A DNA stretch of 64,000 bases, taken from NCBI RefSeq assembly GCF_000181795.1, contig NW_003526941.1, positions 9,278,607-9,342,606 of the forward strand, read 5' to 3'. Positions 53,701 to 64,000 of this stretch are shown here, piece after piece. Made by a program: the position numbers and the translations under genes. Numbering within the stretch: the first letter of the stretch is position 1; each line of letters begins with the position of its first letter. The notes beneath the pieces are model-generated. The model was not told the DNA's origin. It did no database searches and saw only the letters and a program-made list of their open reading frames with translations. Source of the stretch: Trichinella spiralis. Its lineage: Eukaryota.

Positions 53701-53872
53701 CGTATCTTGCATACTTTTCCAATTCAGAAGACTCGAAGATTACTAACTGACGACCTTGGCCAGTGAGATAATAATTTCGCTCACCGTGTTTTATATTTGT
53801 GACAAATCTGTGAGGCAATATTCTATCCATTTGACTGGAAGAATATTCTGTTGGATTCATTTTCATTTCCAT
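50781..53872 (-). CDS. WDR6: WD repeat protein 6 (Trm734/WDR6), 2 exons: 53872-52346, 52244-50781
   Basis: Multiple WD40 repeats (AHDGAIFDIDY...CSVSDDRSCCLW, HHGRVW...ITAGEDG, YSTGRDG), the WDR6-type CGGGHRSY motif and HISA...LVSAGGRGQL. A phase-0 GTATGA...TTTAG intron joins the two ORFs. Confidence 0.85.
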
Positions 53873-54850
53873 TTAAGAATTCAATTGAATCCTAAAAAGA
53901 TTAATTTTACAATTATTCTACTTTTTAAATTGTCTTAGTGAAACATCTTTATCAGAAAATATGATAAATTCCAGCACCACTTCAGCTTAACTGTAGTTTG
54001 GAATATTCAATATAAGTACTTGTAAATTTAGGAAAAAAAGATATTTGCTACAAAATTAGTCAAATAATAATAAATTAATGTCATAAATATGTCGCATAGT
54101 TCAGAAAAAAATTAACAAAGTTATGCCGCTTATCTGTACAATTCAAAAACATTTCTTACTGTAAAAATGATATTGTTAAAAATAACCAAATTATGTATTA
54201 CACTTAGATTCCTCCATTTAACTTTTTTTTGAATTGATCGCTCTAGTTTTTAATACAAAAATAACATTCAAGTTCAAAATATAGTATATACTACAGTACA
54301 TTATATTGAGTAAAATTTGTTTGTTTGTATTTTGCTTTGAACTAATAAGCTTATAGTACAACTTTATGTTTAAGCGATAAACGCATATTAATTATATATA
54401 TGTATGCTGTTTTCTCATTCCTACAGCTATACACAGTTTCATTAAAATCTGTTATTTCCAACAGTTATTAATTCACAATGATTTATTTATTATTACTTAT
54501 ATTATCATAGGCCCATTTCAATTCATTCTTTTAAAATGAGCCTATAAACATGAAAAACGTTAATGCATTCTTTAAAATTTCTGATCGTTATATTGCATAA
54601 TATAGTGATCAGTACATAAAACAGTATAAATAGCAATAAATATTGAAATAAAACGCTTTTTTTTAATAACTAGACTTTACCACATTACAAACTTTGCAAC
54701 TTCGCTTAAAGACATCAAGAATCAAATATATAATAATAAACAACATTTCAAATCTTAAGAAAGTTTCGACAATACAAAAAGTGGTACACTTATACATAGC
54801 AATTTTGATCTGATATGGGAAATTTTGATAACGAATAATTCGCCTTTCTT

Positions 54851-56014
54851 TTAATCTCGACGCAGTTTAACTCGTCTTGTCTCAGATAGGGCATTTGATT
54901 TTTCATTTCCTGGAGGATGAGATGCAGTTCCTAAATTGCAATTCAAGAAATAAATATGTGGCGCATAAAAATCATAGTTCTCAAACAACAGATGGAAGAA
55001 AACTTGCCGAATTAATGGCAAGAACTAAAGATTGAAAATTTAAAAGACTCACCCCATACGATTTGATTGAAGAAATCCCCAGCTAAATACAAAATATTCA
55101 GCACCGCAATTAATAATATCAGGAAAATGATCTTCTCTTGTACAGAAAGTACGTCAAACACACCATACAACCAATAACCGGCGATGAAATAATTCACTAC
55201 TAGTCTAAAAAATTTAAAAGTTATTTAAATATTTGATGTTTAAATAATTTAATTGAATAATTTGTGTAATGTTACGATAATTCGTAAACAAGCGCAAGCA
55301 AAGTTAAAATCGTCAGGCCTCGCAGTTTAGTTGGATATCGGTGACAAACAAGCAAACTATCAACAAGAATAAAAGGAAGTGGTGCGACGTGCTAAAACGA
55401 ACATAACCTCTCTAAACGGATTGTATATTTGCAGCAATAAATCAATTTTCTTACTAAAACATTGTTATACCAACTGGGGATAATTTCATCAAGATAATCT
55501 GGATAAACCATTTCACGGTCAATTGCATATAAAATCCAAAACATCAAAACTACAAACTAAATGCAAACCGTTTCATCTGTAGCTTTGAAGAGACAAAAAG
55601 CTTCAACATCAAAAAAACACCAAAAAGAAGAACTGCAACTTACCACACCGATGGGCAAAGCAATTACTGCATAAGTGAAATCACAAACGGAATGTAACTT
55701 GGATTTTGGATAGTAAGTTGGAGGGGCTGGATGAGCTCTATGAGGTCCAACATCAGTACGTTCGGCCAATCGATCGGTGAACGCTCGGAAAACACAAAGC
55801 CAAAAGTATGCAAAATGGCAAATCTAAAACGGATAAAAATTTCACCGACTGTTTAAACTGTTTCTGAAATATTTACAAAGTTCAAATATGTAAGAAAGCG
55901 CAGTTTCAAAAACCAGCATCCATTTTTGGGAAGAGTCGGAACGTACAACACATCGTACACCAAAGAGAAAGTATAAGTAGCAGCAATTAAACAATACGTG
56001 GCCAAGCGCAACAT
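54851..56014 (-). CDS. FAR-17a/AIG1/ADTRP family membrane hydrolase, 6 exons
   Basis: Manual splicing gives MLRLATYCLIAATY...WFLKLRFLTYLNF|ICHFAYF...IALPIGV|FVVLMFWILYAIDREMVYPDYLDEIIPSWYNNVL|HVAPLPFILVDSLLVCHRYP...|...GYWLYGVFD...|GTASHPP...RD*. It matches family motifs KFLT, FW.LY..DRE.VYP..LD..IP.W.N...H and YP; the catalytic Thr and His positions are retained. Confidence 0.85.
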
Positions 56015-57284
56015 TTTTCCAAGTTGGGATAAAAATTTCCGTCTAAAAATTAATCAGATGAATTATAAAAATGAAAAATGATTCGCGTTGTTGGCTAAAT
56101 AATAACAATAATAAGCATGAATAAGTTGCACAGAAACAGCGCAAAGGATGTTGTAAAGCGTAGTCAGTCAGAAATCGAAATTATTGGCGAAAGTTTAATT
56201 AACCTTGCAATGCGACAAACATGCATTTGGCAACAGATCAATATTACTCAGATCAAAACGGTTGAATTTGTAGAATTCTGATTTTTAAGTTCTCAAGAAA
56301 TAAATTTCTACTGCTTGCAGTTTAATACTATAAATACATTTGCATTTGGGAAAGTTCAGCAGTTGCTAAGTGCTACAGTAAATGACAATTGCGTATTTGC
56401 AGGACTTATGAAAAGCAGAAAAAATGCTTTGCTACAAAGTGATAAACAAGTAATGTAAAATGGCTCTTAAAAAGAAAAAACTTAGTTTTACACACTGTGC
56501 AGTGTTGTTGTCATTATTCCACATTTACTGGTAAAAAATATTGAAACTTTTTATTTAAATCAGTAAAAAAATTTTTATTTTATAATTTAAAATAGAATTT
56601 CCTAATAAATTACTTAATATTTGAAATAAATTTGCTTTGTTATATTACGTTTGTGATATTTGGTGAACATTTTTGCTTCTAACTCAAGTTTTGTATAATT
56701 TCATTTACTTTCAACTTATTTTGTAATAATTAAAGATTTATTTGAAATGTTCAACATTGAAACGTATTTAATATATTGTTCAAACTGATGCAATTTAGAA
56801 ACTTCCTTTTACTAAAATTGAACTTGATTATATAGTTACAGTATTAATTAATCATCGTTTGATTGTTCTTGGAGGTTGAATCATTGTAAACTGTTGAACT
56901 GAAATTACTTGTTGATCTGTTAAAAATTTATTTACGTGGTAGTTATTTGTAATTACTTGCCAAGTTATAAATTGGAAAGGTTGTTTACTTATCTTTTACT
57001 TACTATATTTTTTTATAGCTTTTTTTATTTTCCACCGGTAAATTCAAGTGTTTCCTCATGTGTGTATCCATGGATTATTATTTTGACAGTGCAACGATTT
57101 TATGCCTATCTGTTTTAGCAGTATCCGAGGTGTTATGGTTATTTAAAAGCTCTAATACTGCAAATAAAAGTAAGTACTATCGATTGTTATATAATGTTAC
57201 ATGTTAACATACTGAAACTCATGGTTCATTCAAATTAAATACGAGGAGGTTGTTGTTTTCTAATTTCCTTTTACTAATTTTCAG

Positions 57285-60200
57285 GGTTCGAAGTGACATT
57301 TTATGCTTTACTTACCATTTGTTGTATTATTTGTTTAAAGTTTGGAATTCTGTCAAGGTAAAAAAATGATGAAATTTTATTGACCTTTTTTCCTTCTTCC
57401 TTATTTACTTTTATTATTTAGAACGCAAATGCTCTGGACTTTGGTTACCATGCCATCGAGGGCATCGATGTCCACTACAAATTTAACAAAACTGGAGGTA
57501 TATATATTGATCAAAAATTTCTTCACTAAAGCATCGTTTGATTTTAGATCTCACAGTTGTTAAGCGATGTTTTCCCATTCTTGCCAAATTTTATTAGTGG
57601 TTTTCTTGTACTTTGCGGTAATTATTTTTAATTTCACGTATATATGTTTGAATGTGTTGTTTATAGGCATTGCTGATTTTAAAAATGCAGCTGTTTATGT
57701 GATCTCTACTGCCTCAACTCATGTCGCTTTATTCCTCTCTTTGCTGATTGTTTGTAAATTTTCTCAGGTATTGAATTATTTAAAATATTTTCCTACTTCA
57801 TAAATTATACAAATTTTAATTTTAATAATCGCGCCAAACTATTGAACTTATAAATATTTTGATAATAAAGACTGTTTATATTAGCCATCTTAACGTAATG
57901 TTTAAATGCATGGAATTATTTGCTTTTGTTTTGTTTTAAAAATTCCGTAAATATTTTCTTGCTGAATATCCTGTTTTAATAAAATTGAATTTTAGTCATA
58001 TTCTAAATCAAAAAAATTGTTCAATAAAGTTCGTCGAAAGACTTCAGTCATGCCTTATTTCTCTGTTGTGGTAAGTTTATATGTAAATTTATTCTTAATT
58101 TTTCTTTACATGAATAATTTAGATTATTTTTGTTGCTGTACTACTTCGATTTGTTGACAAAAGTTATCTAACAGAAGAATTTATAAATATTACCAACACT
58201 GCCAGTTTCTCATTTGTTACATTGTGGTTTGCATATTTTCAACTGCTTAAGAGGATTATTTGTCCACCAACCGGGTATCGACACCCCATGGACAGTTGTG
58301 TTCAGCCCATGACAAAAAGTGTTCAGACAATATCTGAAAAGGAAACCATTCATAAAGGTGAGCAAAGTTTTTAAAATTGTTTTCAGTTGGCAGATTTTAT
58401 TTTTTTAACTTATAAAATTATAACAGTGGAATATGAAATTTTAGTTGAAAGAAAAAATGCAGCAGTGGAAGCGTATTTGGATTGTTCTACTCCGTTGCAT
58501 TCAACTTTTGTTTTGACAAAGCCGGTTCGTTCAGTGGAAGATCTTTGTGAATTGCTTAATCACAAAGTAAGTGAATTATTGAGAGTAATTTTTGCTGTTT
58601 TAATGTATAATTCGTTTCAAGGATCAAGTGAAAACAATGTCAGATGAAGAAGTATTGCTTCTGTTGAAAAAAGGAAAGATGCAGAGTTATTCTTTGGAAT
58701 CGTTATTAGAAGAGTCGAGAGCTGTTTACATAAGGTTAATTGCATAATTGGTGGTTTTCAGTTATTAATCATATTTTGTGCAGGCGGTTGTGGTTTTCTG
58801 ATCTCTGCAGCAAAAACCAAAGTGTAGATTGTATTCCTCATCAAAATTATGATTATTCACTTTCTTCGAACGCTTGCTGTGAAAACACGCTTGGTTATAT
58901 ACCAGTTCCTGTCGGTTTTGCCGGACCGTTGAAAGTGGACGATCGAACTGTCTACATACCATTATCCACTACCGAAGGTTGTCTGGTGGCGAGCTTGAAT
59001 CGTGGCTGTCGTGCTTTGCAGGTTTGTGTATAATTGTAAAATTTCTTCAAATTCTTTTTTTAACGAAAATTCTTATTTTTTCAGTTGAGCGCTGGTGTTC
59101 GTACTGTTCTTCTTGGTGATCGAATGACTAGAGGACCTGTTGTATGCTTTGAAGATATTGTACAAGCGCATGAGTTTAAACTTTGGATAGAGAATGAAGA
59201 TAATTATCTTCTTCTTAAAAATATCTTCAATAGTACTAGTAGGTAAGTTGATGCGCATAGTTTGTTTGTTTGTTTTTTAATTTTAATAAGATAATATTAA
59301 GTATGTTTTAAATTTGATAGATATGCCAAATTGACTGCCATTGATGTAGCACTTTCTGGTCGTTTTGTATATTTACGCTTCAGCGCTACAACAGGCGATG
59401 CAATGGGTATGAACATGATCTCCAAAGGAGTTGAGCTGGTGCTCAGTGAATTACAGCACAATTATTTTCCAAATATGAAAATAATTAGCTTGAGCGGAAA
59501 TTATTGTGTTGACAAAAAAGCTTCGGCAATGAATTGGATTGTAGGGCGTGGTAAGTCCGTCAGTTGTGAAGCGGTTGTACGTAGAAGCGTCGTCACTGAC
59601 GTAAGTTTATTCTGTTGTGTTTGTTATTTTGTTTATTTTGAAGGTGTAATTTGTTAATTGCAAACTGGTTGTTTAATTTAATTTAATTTATTTTTCAGAT
59701 TTTGAAAACTGACGTCGATTCATTGGTCGAATTGAACACGTTGAAAAATTTAGTCGGCTCAGCCAGGGCCGGTGTACTTGGCGGATTTAACGCCCATTCT
59801 GCCAATATAGTGGCGGCAATTTTTCTTTCAACTGGGCAGGTTTGAATTTTTTTTGGTTCGATTTCAAATTATTTATTATTATAAATTAATTTAAAATGTA
59901 AAGGATATTGCCGAAGTTGTGGGCAGTAGTCAGTGTTTGACGTTTTTGGAAAAGACCGAAAATGGCGACTTGCGCATTTCTTGCACAATGCCAACTTTGG
60001 AAGTGGGTACTGTAGGTGGGGGAACAGTTTTGCCGGCGCAGAAAGCTTGCTTGGAGGTAATAAATTGATTGTTGTTTTTCCAATTTATGCAAATAATAAA
60101 ATGATCATATCAGATTCTCGGCTGTGCCGGAAGTTGCGATGAATTTCCTGGAAACAACGCCCGTCGTTTTTCGAGAATCATCTGCGCCGCAGTGCTGGCT

Positions 60201-60395
60201 GGTGAATTATCTCTGTTGTCAGCATTGTGTGCTGGGCATTTGGTTCGCAGTCACATGCGCTATAATCGGTCGAATTTGAAACTGAAATCTGCCACCGTTG
60301 AGGATTCATTTTTGGAACAATTTACCACTTTGACAAACCGAGCCTTGAAGCCGAAGAACATCGCACCACAGTCCTGTTCAACTGTATTCATGTGA
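57285..60395 (+). CDS. HMGCR: 3-hydroxy-3-methylglutaryl-CoA reductase (class I), multi-exon; 5' start uncertain (~57.1-57.3 kb)
   Basis: [96 protein letters not shown] and [11 protein letters not shown]...[11 protein letters not shown]. Hydrophobic upstream exons. Confidence 0.95.
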
Positions 60396-60981
60396 AATTG
60401 TAATGTAATTTTTGATGATTTAAAGTATAAACTTCTTCTTCGACTGCTTGATATATCTTTCTTTCTCTCTCTGTACATGTGTGTGTGTGTGTGTTCAGCA
60501 TTATTATTTCCTGCCATTGTGATTCAACTAGTGTAAAGCATTCATGTTTTTCTTTGTTTTTCTTTTTTTTGCTCTATTGTTTACTTGTTTATATAATCTC
60601 ATATGAATGAATGAATATGTGAAAATTGAACGAAGCAAAGTAACAGCAAAAGTTTATTTTCCACTTTTTGCGTAAACGGCGGCTTGTGTCAATTGGTGAA
60701 TATTTTAGCTTTGCACAAGTGCGATCGTAGCTTTTCATCTGACTGAGTTGATGCCGTCAAGCAGAAGAAGCAGCTGTGTTGTTGCTTTGTCGAAAAGCAA
60801 TGTTATGTATATAAGTGTTTATATTATCATTATTGCAGCCGACGGCGATCATCGCTTTGCAGGCGGTTGAAACTTTGCTAGAGCTGCATATATATTATAT
60901 ATACGTAGTGTGTTCGAGGGAAACCTTTTGAAAGGCGCGTTCATTGCTTCTTTGCTTGTTGTTCATTATTTTAAATTAAAC

Positions 60982-61802
60982 ATGGCCGAAGATGTGGCTG
61001 GCAAATTCAGAGAGGCCGGTATTGTACCGGACGTTTTGGACAAGGCACCGACGGAAAAATTGGAAGTACTGTTTCCAGGAAAGCCGGCCGTTAACTTGGG
61101 CGATACATTTCACACTCTCGATGTACGTCATGCTCCGAAAGTTAGTTATCCAGGAAAAGAAGGCCATTATTACTCTTTGATTATGATAGGTAATTGTTTT
61201 TTTTTCTCTTTGAAATTTATAATTAAATAATCAACTGTTTGTTCAAATATTCAGATCCGGATAATTTGAGCCGTGAAAATCCATGCCAAGCTGAATGGAT
61301 TCAGTGGATGGTTTTAAATATACCATACGATGCAATTTCTGCAGGAATGATGTCACGTCATCTTGTTGGCTATATGATACCTGGTCCTCAACCAAGAACT
61401 GGTAAAAGTTTATCATTTAATAATTAAGAATCTGACAACAGTGAACAATTTTACGTCGATTATTTTTATTTTTATTGATTATGCTAATTAAGGGTTTGAA
61501 TTATTTTAATGATGGTAATTTGTATTTGTCACAAATAATTGAAAACAACTTGATGTGTGTGTGATTTGATTCTTAGGCTTGCATCGTTTTGTGTTTTTGC
61601 TGTTCGAACATCACATGCGTAAATTGAATCAGCCGAGCATAAAAAGCCGGGCCAAATTCAAAGTTCGTGAATTTATGGCAAAACACAAACTGAGTAAGCA
61701 ACTCAAGTTGAAATATTGTTGTTTATCGATTATTTACGTCATTCGTACGTTTCAGGTGATCCAGTTGCTGGAAATTACTTTCTATCCCAACACGACGGTT
61801 GA
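60982..61802 (+). CDS. Phosphatidylethanolamine-binding protein (PEBP/OV-16-like); exons 60982-61189, 61255-61401, 61577-61693, 61756-61802
   Basis: F...GIVPDVLDKAP, YYSLIMIDPD, WMVLNIP, PGPQPRTGLHRFVFLLF, RAKFKVREF and PVAGNYFLSQ. All introns are GT-AG and in frame. Confidence 0.92.
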
Positions 61803-64000
61803 GATCGCCTTGATCACTCTCGTCAGCTTTAAAGCTTTTCTTTTTATTTAGACTGATTCAAAGAAAAAACAATTCTGATAGCAGCTCAGTATTTCTACTC
61901 CGTAAACGATTTTTTAGACTGAAATGTTAGCTTTTTCATCTTTTCATTTTCACTAACTGAAATTAAATCTCAAGCTCATTAAAGTAAAAAGTACAAATTT
62001 TGTTATTTTCGGCTTTTTTTGAATTTTATCTAATGTACAATATTACTGTAGTTTTTTTTACTAATTGCAGGTTTTAAATAGATAAAAAGTAATAAAGTTT
62101 ATTGGATGATTAATGTATAAATGGAATAAATTTAAATGATGATGATGATATTGAATCGTCAAATGACAATTTATTATTATTATTATTGTTCTTATCATCA
62201 TGGCATCATAGTGATTACAAAAAATAAAAGAATTTTCAAGTAGTAATGAATTGAAGATGATTGAAATGATGAAACGTGCGTAGCAACAGTTTATATTTTT
62301 CAAAAATATAATTTAAAAAATAAATTCAAAAATAATCATTAAAATTTATCAAATGATGTGTGCAATGTGACTGTACAATTACAGTACGTCATGATTTACT
62401 TTTAAGTTTTATGGTCTTTTTTTGCTTTGGTAATAAAATTAAATGATGCGGGAAAGGTAATGTTTATTTTTTTCGTGATTTTTTTAATTAATTTTACCAC
62501 TTTGAATGTCCTGTTTATAAGTTGTTGATCGATTTTGTTTGTTTTGCCAAATCAGTTTGTTTACAAGAATGATTCTGTTTGTTCTATAAAAATAAGTGAA
62601 CTGTAGTTGAAGTTGTTTTTTTCTCTACTACTTTAATACCTTTTTTTCCTTGGGATATTGTAAAAAAAGTAGTTCTCGTTTTGAAAGAAAGTTGCTGTTG
62701 TTCACTGAAGCAATTTTGTAGCTGTTCGTTCCAATAGTGTATAATGATGATAATGTACTTGATGAAAAAAAAGAAATGTATTTTTCATTTAATAATAAAA
62801 TTTTGATTACGGCAGTTGTTCAACTGGAATTTCTGGAAATATTTTTGAAGATTGAATAAGATGCCGGCTGCGAATGTGGGCAACGCAGGCGATATGCACG
62901 AATTTGAAACATTCGAAACAAAAGATAAAGCAATCTTCAGGGTCAGTTAATTAAATTCAACTTCATCTTATTTTAAACTTGCTCCGAGAGAGAGAAAAAA
63001 AATTATTCCAAATAAAAAAGGTGTTATTACTCCAGTTATACTTGTTTTGTTAAAAAGTGTAACTTATTCAATTAAGGTCACCGGAGAATGATTTAAAAGG
63101 GAAATTAAAATTGCTTTTCCACTTTCGATTCAGAATCACTGCTGGTCTGAAGAGTCGCTTGCAAAATGCGCCTATCAATTTGCTTCTTCATCGCTTTCAT
63201 CGGATGCATGATCACATCACCTGCATTTGTTGACTGTAATAGCAGAACTCAGTCTATTCTCATATATATATATTTATACTTTGGCATTTAGCTGAACATA
63301 CCGATCAAAGACAGACCATCGATCGTAGTCGTTTTGTTGCCAATACTTTTGCCGACAGTAATAAAAAGGGATTTTATTGATTTTTAAAATTATTTTATCA
63401 CTTTAACATTTTATTAGCTGAACATGAAATTGACAACAGATTGAAAAGACATGCCATCGTTGTTATTCCTCGTCCCAGTAAAAAATTTTTTGGAACATCA
63501 GTCATTTCTCTTGTTTTCGTTGATGTTCAATTTGTGATTTTTAATTTTAGAATTTGGTTCATCTTCAAGTTCTGAAGATCGCAGTTCACGATCATCGCTC
63601 CATTCCATTCACTAATTTCTCAGTGAATTTTCCACAAACAGTCAGCTTTCAAATATTATCAACGTTTTGTTGTCAACGTTTACAATTTTATACCGGCATA
63701 TTTTGTCTATACATCGATTTTACAAGCATATACAGATAGATGTTCTTTTGAGATACATTTATGAACAAATTTTGATTCTGAAAGTTATTCTATTAAAATA
63801 GAATGCAAAATTGTTGACCACGTTTATTCTGCTGTTGCAAACTCATACCACCAGTTTTCATGTCATATTTTATCCATTTTAGAAATAATATGGTTCTGTG
63901 AAGTTCAGATAAAAACATATACTGTCATAATAAATTGAAAAAACGACAACTGCAACATTCTGAAACATTACAAGGTGCTACTTTACAATTTTTAATTCAC

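Noticed and set aside
62861..63240. Possible first exons (MPAANVGNAGDMHEF...) of a further gene
   Set aside because: Could not build a stop-free spliced model or recognise a domain.

Overview
AT-rich eukaryotic genomic DNA with short GT-AG introns and TTTCAG/TTTAG acceptors. It is most consistent with a nematode, probably a Trichinella-like clade I species (inference from composition, splice signals and gene content, not from a search). Three 10-N scaffold gaps lie at 6334-6343, 12560-12569 and 20961-20970. Recognisable spliced genes: a C2H2 zinc-finger factor, WDHD1/AND-1/Ctf4 (3' end lost in a gap), a C16orf89/UPF0764-like gene, an FN3-type receptor tyrosine kinase, TANGO1/MIA3, WDR6, an AIG1/ADTRP-family hydrolase, HMG-CoA reductase and a PEBP/OV-16-like gene. 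There is also a decayed hAT transposase. Two regions are unusual. (1) About 5.4-24.3 kb forms a nested inverted duplication (A-B-C-centre-C'-B'-A') that probably represents one multi-kb palindrome collapsed by the assembler. Its centre holds a ~1 kb module: two dense arrays of 5' splice-site consensus (GGTAAGT) on opposite strands point inward at a tandem of palindromic units made of ATGCAAAT and GCCTGAGGC motifs, and chains of short, apparently non-coding exons lead into each array. (2) Two inverted copies of an ERM-like FERM gene have near-identical flanks and C-termini but strongly diverged FERM domains. No rRNA, tRNA or CRISPR features were recognised.
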